Origin: Eledone cirrhosa
Lineage: Eukaryota
Length of the DNA stretch: 64,000 nt
Direction: 5' to 3'
NCBI GenBank assembly: GCA_964016885.1
Contig: OZ024740.1
Coordinates: forward strand, 227,106,001-227,170,000
A model generated the notes under the pieces. It was not told the origin of the DNA. It did not search any database and saw only the letters and a program-made list of their open reading frames with translations. The position numbers and the translations under genes are program-made. Of the stretch, positions 1-11,880 are shown in pieces. The number at the start of each line of letters is the position of its first letter. Within the stretch, counting starts at the first letter, position 1.

Positions 1-459
1 GCATACAGGAAATCGGAACTAAAAAATCAGAAAGAAAAAATGCTCTGCATTCAAAATGCATATTAGGGAAAGAAAAAAAAGGATAAAAAAGTTATTCTGC
101 TTTTATAAGATTAGTTGTGGTAGTATTTATCAGTTTGTCCTATGGAATTGAATTTCATATTTTGGGAAGCATTATTTTCCTTTGCTATGTTATTATGCTT
201 TTCAGCTCAGTTACTATTTGACGAGTATATTCCCGAGGCAAATTGATTAAATTGGTTTATAATATACAAGAAAGATATTCATGTTGAAATTATTTGGGTT
301 ACAATTACAATTTGGCCTTCTATCTCACACATTTGAACTTTAAATTATTATTTATATAAAACTTCTTGTTTGGGATGTCTTTTATTAATATGAACTGAAT
401 GAATATTAAAATATTAACCTCCTAGATATTACATTCTATTTGGTTCTATTTATCATTAG

Positions 460-810
460 AGTGCATGGCTTAGTGATTAAAGATTACAGTGTTGGGCTTA
501 CAATCATGATGTAGTGAGTTTGATTCCCAGACTGGGTTGTGTGTTGTGTTCTTGAGTAGGACACTTTATTTCACATTGCTCCATTTTACTCAGCTGTAGA
601 AATGGGTTGCAATGTCATTGGTGCCAAGCTGTATTGGACTTAGCCTTTCCCTTGGACATCATTGTTCATGCAGAGAGAGAGAGAGGAGGCTGGTATGCAT
701 GGGCGACTGCTGGTCTTCAACAAACAACCTTGCTTGGACTTGTGCCTCGGAGGGCAACTTTCTAGGTACAAATCCCATTGTCACTTGTGACCAAAGGAGG
801 TCTTTACCCT
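460..810 (+). mobile_element. tRNA-derived SINE, family B (CORE-like central domain)
   Basis: A-box-like GCATGGCTTAGTG, B-box-like GAGTTTGATTCC, then TTCTTGAGTAGGACACTTTATTTCACATTGCTCCA...CTCAGCTGTAGAAATG, shared with many copies in the window (e.g. 25231, 53529). Confidence 0.75.
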
Positions 811-2782
811 TATATATTTAATTCTTTCTGTGTCCAAAACACATTCGGACATCTTTTACTTCTCACCCATTATGTACCAAAGATTTTCTGGTACGTTTTT
901 TTCGAGTTTGTGAAACACAAACTAAATAACGTAAATTTCATCCAAATATTTATTTTATTTTCAATTTTAATAAGGTTTTGAAAAATGCAAAATATAACAT
1001 GTGATCCCAGCCTGGGGTAGGAAACTACCTAAAACACTGGAACTCAAAGAATTAAGTTTCTGTTGAAATTTTATTTAAGTAAATGTCAAAGAATTTTACA
1101 TAATCTTAACTCATAAAAATTGCACAGTCATCATCATCATCATTGATTAACATCCGTTTTAATTGCTACCAAGGGTTGGACATGTCGCCAGAGACTAGTC
1201 AATGCTCAAGCTGAGCTTCTGATCTCTAAGTGAGCCTGGGACTGACATAGAATCCCAGCAGACCCAAGGTTTTTTAGATTGCAAAGAATAAGCTTCCATT
1301 AAATAATAATTTTTAATCTTAAGTAGAAGGGAAAGGACTGATTGGACATGGTCTTGTATTACAAACTCATAGGACTTGAGTTTCAATCCATTGCAGGCAT
1401 TTTTGGGGTACTTTGGTTTTATATTTAATATGAAATGTGTACCATATATATTTATGGAATAAGTCACATCTTTTCTTATGAAAATATGATGTGAAAAACT
1501 ACCATGTAACTTATCTACCTGGCCTACAAAACCTCAATTCTAAATATATGGTACATTATATATGTTGTATGTAAAATAAAAGTGTGACATGAGTATATCT
1601 AGTAATTTGCTTATTGAATAAAGCTAACAAATCATCTGGGAATATTACCTGTGATAAACTATACTAGATTCCTATCCAAAGGAAGATTTATTATTTGCTC
1701 ATGGCGATTGTAGCTATTTACATTTACATTTTTACAGTTGCTGTTCACATATTCATCACAGCAACCAGACTGAACGAATAACTTACATAAAAATAATCAA
1801 TGTATTAATTAATTTAGAAGATAATTTCAGCATATGACAAAAACAGTCTTTCATTTATGACACACACATACACCAACAGATATTGGTTTGTTGTTCAATA
1901 TTCACAACAGAGAAATTTTATTAAAATTATATAAATCCAACATTAGTATTGATGGAAGTTATAGAAAGAGCTGAGAAATCTAATTTAGAAGTAGAAAGAT
2001 AAATCGAATAATAGTTTCTAGCATTCCAGGAATTAATGCATACCAGCAGAATATGAAATAATAGTAATATTTCTCGTCTACTCTAGTTTCAGCATTCTCT
2101 TCTCCTTTTCTATAGCTCTCCTCTTTCTGTCAGAGCAGAAATCAAGCAGATTAAAGTAGCAATAGATTGAAATATAAAAGTAGTAGAACTAAGACATAAC
2201 TGTTACCTAGAAAAGTTGAATTCGCTGAAGCAACTAAATATAAGACAGAGGAGATCAAGAGTTGACGAATCTTCAGAGTGTCAATCTTATATTAAGGTAT
2301 CACACTGGGAGAAAATGAATTCTCTTAATGGATATTTAAAGAGAGGAAGACGAAATAATTTGGACTCCATTGCTTCTTGAAGTGAGATACTGTAGTTTGA
2401 GATGGTCAGAATAAAGCAAGTAGACAACAGCAGCCATCAAACATTTCAAAGGCAACAGAGATACTCATTGGTGCAGCAAGGCAGAGAAAATAAGCTCAGT
2501 GTCAGTGAAGCCATCTATGATAAGTGTGAATGAGATGCATCTGGCATTCAGAGAAGCATCACCTCACAAAATTTGAAGATGAGCAATAGCAGCCGACCAT
2601 CTACACTTAAGATCTTGAAACTTGTCATTATTATCATTTCTGTTGTGAATGTCTATATCAACTTCCATTTCCTCTTCTCCCCTCCCTCCCTGTCTTCATC
2701 ACCACCATCATCATCTTCATAACTGTCCTCAAGAAAAACTTCATACTTCTAAAGTGGATATAAACTTCATTCAGTATTATGA

Positions 2783-2969
2783 GTGGATTGGCAGTATCGG
2801 TGGAGGGTCGGACGCCATGCTTTCAAGCATAGTTACGTCCCTTTACGATCTGAGTTCAAATCCCGCCGAGGTTGACTTTGCCTTTCATCCTTACGGGGTC
2901 GATAAAATAAAGTACCAGTAATGCACTGGGTAATTGCTGGCCTTGTGCCTAAAGTAGAAACAAGTATTA
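2783..2969 (+). mobile_element. tRNA-derived SINE, family A (young copy)
   Basis: GGCAGTATCGG...GAGTTCAAATCCCGCCGAGGTTGACTTTGCCTTTCATCCTTACGGGGTCGATAAAATAAAGTACCAG...GGCCTTGTGCCTAAAGTAGAAAC; near-identical copies at 8632, 14878 and 35856. Confidence 0.85.
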
Positions 2970-3102
2970 TGAAGAAATGTTATAATTTAATGCAATTCAC
3001 ACTATTTACCATATTTTCAAATATTCAGTGCATAACATCATCATCATCATTTTACGTCTGCTTTTCCCTGCTTGCAAGGGTTGGATGATATATATATATA
3101 TA

Positions 3103-3690
3103 CTAGTGGCCTCCCGGCTTTGGCCCCAGTTTGTACTGTGCTCAAATCTATTTATAAGGCACTTATTGTAGTCTGTCATAGTGTCCATTTTCATTAGAAT
3201 AAAAGATGTAAAAGGTAATTAAATATTGCATAAAATAATTTTTTTTAATTATTCAGAATATCTATATGCAGACTGTAGTAAAGAAAACATTTACAGATCT
3301 TCAGTATATACAATGTTTGTAACATTTTTCTTTGGGGATATATGAAGAGTTTGTGGGGATCTTCCTAGTCTGGAATGACCTACATACAATGGACTATGTG
3401 AGAAACAGCCTTCTTCTAAATGGAGACTGACAACCTGCAGGGTTGGGCCTTGGGACTTGTTAATAGCCATTGCATAACTGACTCTCACTGGGAATTGCAG
3501 TATTTGAAATGAAAGGGGACATCTGTTGGTATTAGCAGCATTCTAGGTATAAATGTGATGTCTCCTTTACTGCAACCAATGAGGATTTTGGCTTCAATAA
3601 CATGAGGCTGTAGTTCAGTCATAATCATACACGTCCCATTGTGCAATCTTGTCTGATCCAGGTTTTTGTCTAAAGCGAGACATGCTAGTG
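3103..3690 (-). mobile_element. Helitron remnant: RepHel PIF1-type helicase C-terminus plus 3' terminus
   Basis: Minus-strand translation [11 protein letters not shown]...HVIEAKILIG...GDITFIPRMLLIPTDVPFHF, frameshift, QFPVRVSYAMAINKSQGPTL...FSHSPLYVGHSR matches the PIF1/Helitron helicase motifs. A GC-rich hairpin followed by CTAG|T at 3103 ends the element in a TA tract. Confidence 0.85.
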
Positions 3691-3765
3691 TGGAAGATAG
3701 ATGTTAAACGATGATGATGAGGAGGAGGATATATATATATGTGTATATATATATATGTCTGTGTA

Positions 3766-3850
<85 letters not shown>

Positions 3851-4132
3851 GGAGGTATGTAACCTAGTGGTAAGGGTGTTCAAATTACAATAAAAATGTT
3901 GTGGGTTCGATTCCTGGGCTGCGTGTTGTGTTCTTGAACAAAACACTTCATTCCACGTTGCTCCAGTATACTCAGCTGAAAATGAGTACCAGCAATAGCT
4001 GGGGTTTAACCCTGCGATGGACTGACGTCCTGTCCAGGAGGTAGTCTTGTACTCTCAGTCGCTCCACACCATGAAACCGGGATAAGCACCAGACAAATGA
4101 GCCTTCTGGCTTAAGACAGACTTTAGACTTTA
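3851..4132 (+). mobile_element. SINE family B variant
   Basis: tRNA-like head (CCTAGTGGTAAGG...GGTTCGATTCC) plus the TTGAACAAAACACTT...CTCCAGT core; paralogs at 11607 and 33500. Confidence 0.75.
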
Positions 4133-4153
4133 AATGTATATATATACAGTATA

Positions 4154-4679
4154 TCTATATATATAAAGTTGTAGTTCCTGTATATATAAAGTTGTAGTTC
4201 TATATATATAAAGTTGTAGTTCCTCCTATGATTTTGGAGATAGACCCCCATAACCATATATATTCTAAAACTACATTGCCCAGGGTACTTGGATAAGTAT
4301 ATTTCATTTTAATCAAAGGGTTCCCCGGGGGCACAAACCTCCGCTGAAAACCTCTGCTGAAAGTTTTTTCCCTTCGATTTATATGAAATTAAACCATAGG
4401 TGACAAGATATGATGCCTATTCACAAAAGTTTTGAATTGATATTTTGAAAAAAATTATTTACAAGAAACAAAATAAGAATAAGATTTAATAATGTAATTT
4501 TGATTTGATATATTACAAAAAATAATGTTTACCAATTTTTCATGCATTACATTTTACATTGCATAAAGCTGAAATGCAAAGTTTTTCTCCATAAATTATA
4601 TCACTGATTTAAAATCAATCATAATTTTCTTACAAAAAAAAATGTGTGAAACGCAGCAAAGCACGGGTAATTTGGCTAG
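4154..4679 (+). mobile_element. Non-autonomous Helitron
   Basis: 5' TCTATATATATAAAG start (triplicated) and 3' subterminal hairpin-like ACGCAGCAAAGCACGGGT followed by CTAG|T; inserted between A and T in a TA tract. Confidence 0.7.
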
Positions 4680-4744
<65 letters not shown>

Positions 4745-4823
4745 TAGCGAAATTACCCGCGCTTATATATATATATAGAATGGAAAACGAAAAATCAGTG
4801 ATGCATCAGAACACAATTTATTG

Positions 4824-4913
4824 TGTGTTACAATTGTTTCCCCGGCAAACAGCTTGAGGTGCGATCTGTGTGTGGATCAACCTGACTCTGGACTCGCAGG
4901 TTCCTCGGACACA
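4824..4913 (-). ncRNA. Variant or degenerate type I hammerhead ribozyme
   Basis: Minus strand: TGTGT-CCGAGGA-(~61 nt)-GAAA-CAATTG-TA-ACACA. Stem I TGTGT/ACACA and palindromic ACAATTGT are present, but the core is CCGAGGA instead of CTGANGA and stem II is poorly defined. Confidence 0.45.
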
Positions 4914-4989
4914 TCTATTGATTTCGGAGTAGGAGCATAGAGTGGTCAACCAGCATACCACCTATGAAGCATCTTAGCTACCATTAGAC

Positions 4990-5145
4990 ATCATCATCAT
5001 CATCATCATCATCAACGTTTAACGTCCGTGTTCCACGCTTGCATGGGTTTGGACGGGGGTAGTCCCACTTGAGGCAAGAGTGATTGTCTTGCTCGCATAG
5101 GACTGTCTGGCAGGTTTTCTACAGTTGGATGCCCTTCCTAACACC
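4990..5145 (-). mobile_element. 5'-truncated RTE LINE 3'UTR with (GAT)n tail
   Basis: Reverse complement matches 43860-44010 (GTGTTAGGAAGGGCATCCAACTGTAGAAAACC...CCCATGCAAGCGTGGAACACGGACGTTAAACG...GATGATGAT). Confidence 0.85.
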
Positions 5146-5252
5146 ATTTTCCACACTATATCTATATCTATATATATCCATCCATCTCTCTCTCTCTTTC
5201 TTTCTCTCTCTCTCTATATATATCTATATATATATATATATATATTGTATAA

Positions 5253-5345
<93 letters not shown>

Positions 5346-5384
5346 TATATGTACATATATACATATATATGTATATATATTTAT

Positions 5385-5420
<36 letters not shown>

Positions 5421-5499
5421 TATATATATAGAGAGAGAGAAAGAAAGAGAGAGAGAGATGGATGGATATATATAGATATAGATATAGTGTGGAAAATGG
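5144..5499. repeat. Inverted duplication centred on a (TA)n array
   Basis: CCATTTTCCACACTATATCTATATCT...CTCTCTTTCTTTCTC...ATTGTATAAAT is mirrored by ATTTATACAAT...GAGAAAGAAAGAGAG...AGATATAGTGTGGAAAATGG. Confidence 0.85.
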
Positions 5500-5566
5500 A
5501 GGTTAAACAATGATGATCATATATATATATACATATAGAGTATATATATATATATATATATATATT

Positions 5567-5870
5567 GGGCTTGCAATCAAAAGGTTGTGAGTTCAATTCT
5601 CAGACCGGGCGATGTGTTGTTTCCTTGAGCAAGACACTTTATTTCACATTGCTCCAGTTTACTCAGCTGTAGAAATGAGATGATAGGGACTGGGATCCAT
5701 ATTATTCCACTGTAAAGTGGTCGTGGAGGTGCCACACCAAATAAGCACCCAGCACTCACTGTAAATGAGGTTGGTGTTAGGAAGGGCATCCAGCTGTAGA
5801 AATCAAGGCAGAATCAGTTCCCGTCCCACCCTTGCAAGCAGGGAAAAGCGCTCGTAAAATGATGATGATG
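5567..5870 (+). mobile_element. SINE family B with RTE-related 3' part, 5'-truncated
   Basis: Nearly identical to 53550-53870; ends in GGAAGGGCATCCAGCTGTAGAAA...GATGATGAT. Confidence 0.85.
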
Positions 5871-5902
<32 letters not shown>

Positions 5903-5950
5903 ATGAAATGACAGGAGGCTGGATTTGTGTAAATCCTTGAAAGGTTTATT

Positions 5951-6008
5951 ATACTATGATCATTTCAATGACCGGGTTCCGTATGAATCCGGTGATATCA
6001 TCAGGTAT
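5951..6008 (-). ncRNA. Minimal type I hammerhead ribozyme
   Basis: Minus strand: ATAC-CTGATGA-tatcACCGGattc-ATACG-gaacCCGGTcatt-GAAA-TGATCA-TA-GTAT. Intact core boxes, stem I ATAC/GTAT, palindromic ATGATCAT in stem III, UA cleavage site. Confidence 0.75.
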
Positions 6009-6365
6009 TCAAAATATAATAAGTGAATGTAATAGATAAAATCCATGGGGCTGAAAATCAAAGACCCAAGGGCGACCGCCATCCAGCATCTTCTACCTTT
6101 GCCGGTCGCCCTATATATATATATATATATAGGTGTATGTGTGTGTGTGTACATAATTTATTTCATTAGAAAATGTGCTTGTCCTATGGAAGTAATTTCC
6201 ATCTGGAATACAATATGTAACCCATCTACTTAATGTATTGAGTACCTTATTTAACTGTAGTCTCTTTCTTTTCCTCTTTCTCTCTCTCTCTCATATATAT
6301 ATCCATATATAAATCTCCATTTATATATATATATATAAATGTAAATATATATATATCTCCATATA

Positions 6366-6424
<59 letters not shown>

Positions 6425-7189
6425 CATTTAAATTTTAGTTTGTTTTTCTTTGTTGTTGTTTTAAAGAACAAAATTATGGCTTCGACAGGGAGGAATTCTT
6501 TTACACCAAATTGAAATTAAATAATTTAGCCATACTCAGAAATTTATTACTTATATTTGTAACTAATATGATAGAAGATGCAACACAACACGAACACTGT
6601 TTCCTTGAATTACTATGAGGTATGTGATGTACCTCTTTGAGAAGTTAATGGCAAGTGATGGATGTGGTGACAAAGGAGAGGAGAAGGGATGGGAGAGGAT
6701 GTGGCATGAGAGAGGTGGAGGGATGGGAGATGATGTAGCTAAGAGAGAGATAGAGATTTAAGTAATCTCAAATAACAATATTGTTCATCTTGTAAACAAG
6801 AATAGATGTGTTGTTGTTGTTATTGTTGTAGATCTTACCGACATTGTTGTTGTTTTAAATACTGTATTTCATAGTCTGTTTTATTTCAAGATATTTATTT
6901 TGTTTTACTATATATTATTTCATTTATTTTATATATTTCATTTTATTTATCTTATTTTATTTATTATTTTATTTTATTTATTTTATTTTATTTATTTTAA
7001 TTTTAATTTTAATTTTATTTATTTATTTTATTTTATAGTATTTATATTTTTGGCTGTGTTTTGTTTTAAATGTAACAATGTTCGTGTCAATTATAAAGTT
7101 ATTACTGAAGCTGCTGTTCCTTCTAATATCAATTGTAAGTGGAGGGAATTGTCTTTTAAACTTGATATTTTAACAAAAAGAATTTATGA

Positions 7190-8389
7190 CTGAATGTCTG
7201 TCTATCTATCTGTGTGTCTGAGTAGAAAGAGTGTGTGTGTATGTGTAGTGTGTATGTGTGTCTCTGTTTGGGTAGAAAGAGTATATGTGTATGTGTATAT
7301 AGTGTGTGTGTATGTGTATATAGTGTGTGTGTATGTGTATATAGTTTGTGTGTCTGTGTGTATGTCTGTCTGCCTGTCAATGTGTTGGGTGTTGGGCAGA
7401 AAGAGAGTCTGTGTGTGTGTGTGTGTGTATGCGTGTCTATCTATGTAGTGAGTGTGTGTATGTATGAAAGAGAGAGAGTGTGTGTATGTGTATGTATGTG
7501 TATGTGTGTGAATGTGTGCATGTGTGAGAGAGTGAGTTAGTGTGTATGTGTATGTGTGTATATCTGTCTGTGTGTATCTATATAGTGAATGTGTATGTGT
7601 GAAATAAAGTGATTGGGTGGGTGTTGTAGAGCGTGTGTGTGTGTGTGTGTGAGAACAAGAGTGTTTTTATATGGTTATGTGTGTTTGGGTATGTGAGTTT
7701 GGGTATGTGCATGAGTATATTTGTGTTTACATGCCATTACGAGCGTATGTGTGAAGTGTGAATATGAACACATCTGTGTTTGTAATGTTAGTGTGTCTGT
7801 GTGTGCAACAGAAGTTCTTGTGGTGTGTTTGTACATGGATGTATATGTGTATGTGTATGTGTGGATATGCGGATGTGTGGATGTGTGGATATGTGTGTCA
7901 GTGAATGTTTGTCCAGAGATATGTATGCGTAGATGTGTGGATGTGTGTCTGTGTAAAAGACTTTATTTAAAAGAAGTGAATGAGATGAGAGAAAGAATTT
8001 AATGGGTGGTAGGGTGAGTGAGGTGGGGTGGGGTGGAGTGAAATGAAAAGTGGAGCTGTGTAACAGAATGAGACCACAATAGAAGACAGACGGACAGATA
8101 GAATAGAAGGAAAGAAGGAAAGAAGGAAAAAAGGTAGAGAAAGTCCGAAAGAGAAAAGATTGCATGAAAAAATGAGAGAGTGGGGGAGAAAGAAAGAAAG
8201 AAAGAAAGAAAGAGTGTATAATAGGGTTTTGTGTACAGTAGAAAGAAATATGTGAGAAGGAGAGGGGGAGAGAAGAATTACAATAATAGAGATAAAGAAT
8301 ATATGAGAAAGAGAGAGAGAGGAAGAGAAAGATATACAGAGAAATAGGGGGAAATGTAATTGAGGGAGAGAAATAGACAGAGTATGCAG

Positions 8390-8442
<53 letters not shown>

Positions 8443-8560
8443 TATATACACACACACGCGCATATACACACACATGCGCATATACACACACACACACACA
8501 CCCCTCACACACACGTATATATATATATATGTGTGTATGTGTATGTATGCGTATATATAG

Positions 8561-8614
<54 letters not shown>

Positions 8615-8891
8615 TAATATATATCATATATGGCGGTGGATTGGCAGTATCGGTAGAGGGTCGGACGCCATGCTTTGACGCATAGAGTTACGGCCCTTGC
8701 CATTCTGAGTTCAAATCGCGCCGAGGTTAACTTTGCCTTTCATCCTTACGGGGTCGATAAAATAAAGTACCAGTAATGTACTGGGTAATTTCTGGCCTTG
8801 TGCCAATAGTAGAAACATATATATATATATATATATGTGTGTGTGTAGGGGGGGGGTATGTGTGTGTATATGCGCATGTGTGTGTATATGC

Positions 8892-8971
<80 letters not shown>

Positions 8972-9014
8972 TAATATATATCATATATATATCATATATA
9001 TATATATATGTATA

Positions 9015-9070
<56 letters not shown>

Positions 9071-9130
9071 TGGAGCAAAAGAGAGAGATAGACAGGGAAA
9101 GAATGAGGGAGAGATGGTGACAGAGAGATA
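7190..9130. repeat. Compound microsatellite block (GT/GA/TA/CA)
   Basis: Directly visible dinucleotide and tetranucleotide repeats; they generate the spurious YI/CV/HT ORFs. Confidence 0.9.
8632..8817 (+). mobile_element. SINE family A, full length
   Basis: Same consensus as 2783-2969; inserted in a (TA)n tract. Confidence 0.85.
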
Positions 9131-9661
9131 AACAGAAAGAGAGAAAGTTGGTACATATACTAAGAGAGCTTGTCAGTTTTCAGACACACTCATGTATCCC
9201 ATTTCATTACTTGATAGCTTTTAACTTTTCAAGACTTAAATTTCTACTGAATAATTATCCGATATTTTCATTTCTTGATTTAAAATCTTGACATCTCAAG
9301 AGACATGTCAGAATTTGCTTCACTTCCACATTCCCATCAAAACTTTACACACCTACCTACATATATACACGCATGCATAAATATGTACGCACATACATAC
9401 ATATGATTTCAGATCCAAATGTTCTGATATTGTTAAACACATGTAAAGACAAATATACACAATATACACTTTAAATGATGATAATGATGATGATGGTGAA
9501 TTGAATTCCACAGATATGTTGCAAATACTACACACACACACGCAGACTTATATATATCATATATATATATATATATACATAGCGTTTGACACTAGCTGTT
9601 GAAACGGCAAGAGTTTGGCCGTTGGGACCCCAACTCTTTCATATATATATAAAGAGTACGT

Positions 9662-10013
9662 CACTGTGTAGTGCCAAAGGTCCCATCTTTCACATTGAGA
9701 ATAAGGAGCAGATATTTCAATAGCCTGGGGTTCAAAGGCCCTCAACTCTTCAACAAGCTGCCAAGAAATTTGAGATATCTGCATAGTGTGGACGTTGATG
9801 TTTTCAAGAAACATCTTGACACTCTGCTATCCAGGATCCCGGATAAGCCCACAACACGGTACAAAGGTAACCTAAGGGCAGCAGCAACGAACTCCCTCTT
9901 ACACCAATGGCCAGCAAATACAAGCTGGAGATAGAATGTGTAGCAACAAGGGCGGTGTCCCAGCATGGCTTCAGCCAGATGGCTGGAACAGGTAAAAGAG
10001 TAAAAGAGTAAAA
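9662..10013 (+). mobile_element. 3' fragment of a CR1-group LINE (ORF2 C-terminus plus short tandem tail)
   Basis: Peptide RYFNSLGFKGPQLFNKLPRNLR...VFKKHLDTLLSRIPDKP...RAAATNSL resembles CR1-group ORF2 C-termini; ends in (GTAAAAGA)n. Confidence 0.7.
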
Positions 10014-10166
10014 GGATACATACATATATACATACACACATACATACATACTTGCATGTATACATGCAACCATGCATGTATGCATACATGTATGCATACA
10101 TGTATGCATGTATGCATGTATGCATGTATGCATGCATATTAGGATTTATGGGGCATTGAGAGAATT

Positions 10167-10438
10167 TGAAATTTGAAAATATAAGCGATCTAAATGCAGA
10201 AAATGACTGTAATAATAGTCAGTCACTATAAATAATGGTTGAAAAAGACAGTAAAAAATGAACAGAAGGGCCTATGATAACTACCTACTAGGATTTGTAT
10301 CCTTGTAGGCACTTTTGATCACTTTTTGATCTGTTTTTAAGTGTATTTTATCAAATTTCCTTAAATAATATCTATAGTGACCAACTGTTGTTAGTCAGTC
10401 ATTTTCTGCGTTTGTAATAGTTATATTTTCAAATTTCA
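10167..10438. mobile_element. Fold-back / MITE-like element
   Basis: Imperfect long TIRs TGAAATTTGAAAATATAA..AAATGCAGAAAATGACTG..GTCACTATA versus TATAGTGAC..CAGTCATTTTCTGCGTTT..TTATATTTTCAAATTTCA; central hairpin CCTACTAGGAT/ATCCTTGTAGG. Confidence 0.6.
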
Positions 10439-10563
10439 TAAAATATATATATGGAAACAGGCCAAAGGACATCTGGAAAAGTCCAAGTGCTGCCAGGAAA
10501 AATTAGAGGTTTAACTCCTCTACTTTTATTATAATTGTTTCTGACTGTAAAGGGATGTAACAG

Positions 10564-10682
10564 TCTGAGTTCAAATCCCGCCGAGGTTAACTTTGCCTTT
10601 CATCCTTACGGGGTCGATAAAATAAAGTAGCAGTAAGGTACTGTGTAATTGCTGGCCTTGTGCCTAAAATAGAAACAATTAT
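10564..10682 (+). mobile_element. SINE family A, 5'-truncated
   Basis: TCTGAGTTCAAATCCCGCCGAGG...AGAAACAATTAT. Confidence 0.85.
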
Positions 10683-11606
10683 AATAAAAGTAGAATGCTA
10701 GAAGTTAAGGGCCAAAATAATTCTCTGAAGACTTTCTGTTGTCCAGCTCTCCTGAGAGTTTCTTACCACCTATATATATTCTGTAAACAACTTTGCTAGA
10801 GTCAAGGCTATGATAAAATGCATCCAGTTCTCTTTGTGGTGTAGTTAATGTTAGGACATGCATCCAACCATAGAAACAAGGTTAAAATGGAACATTTTTT
10901 AGTGTGATGCGGTTACGCAATATGACTAAGAGAACAGTAGCACTGATAAAGTATTAACTGGGTCTGTAATGAATCATCCAACCTATACCAGCATAGATAA
11001 ACTGATGTAGAATGATAATGATGATGATAGTTGCATTATATTACCAAGCAAAGCTTTTAATACTGCTAGCCTAAGTATAATTCCATCAACAGATTTATAC
11101 TGATAAAGTTCATTACTAGTTTCCTTGATTGTTTTACCTTGTAATATTTATTGTATTGTAATTTCATATGAATAACATTAACAAAGTTAAACTAAAGAAT
11201 TTGTAATATTTTACCAATAATCAAAGCAACTTACCCAGGCTTAATATATCACCATACATACTATAGAGTAGGAGCGGGGGACATTTTTATTGCCAGTACA
11301 TTTTTATTGCCAGTGTAACAAGTACAGAAAAACCTGTAGTGGTATATCTGTCTTGAGAAAAATAATAAAACTTTAATCTTCAAATTCATAGGTATGCAGT
11401 TAATATTGAATTACTATTTTGGTTTTAAGGATTAAACTATATATTTTATAAAAGAATTTTTGAGACATGGTTTCAAATTGAAAAATAAGGTGATCCTCAC
11501 TCATGCTATAAATAGATTGAATCTATTTTCATTTTATATACAAAGACCTTCTCATAACTTCATAATTCTTCACTTTACTATTTACATTTATGTAAACCTA
11601 TATGGA

Positions 11607-11880
11607 AGTGGAGGCACGTGGCCTAGTGGTAAGGGTGCTGGACTTACAATCATAATGCCGTGGGTTCAATTCCTGGGTTGCATGTTGTGTTCTTGAGCAA
11701 AACACTTCATTTCACTTTGCTCCAGTATTCTTAGCTAAAATAGCTGGGAGTTTAACCCTGTGATCTACTGGCATCCTGTCTAGGGCGGAGTCTTGTACTC
11801 TCAATCGCTTCACGCCATGAAACCAGGATAAGCACCAGCCAAATGAGCTTTCAGGCTTAAGAGAGAATTTAGACTTTAGA
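11607..11880 (+). mobile_element. SINE family B variant
   Basis: Paralog of 3851-4132 along its length. Confidence 0.75.

Noticed and set aside
2110-2600. Purine-rich stretch reminiscent of a decayed retroelement gag region
   Set aside because: Too degenerate; no diagnostic motif could be read.
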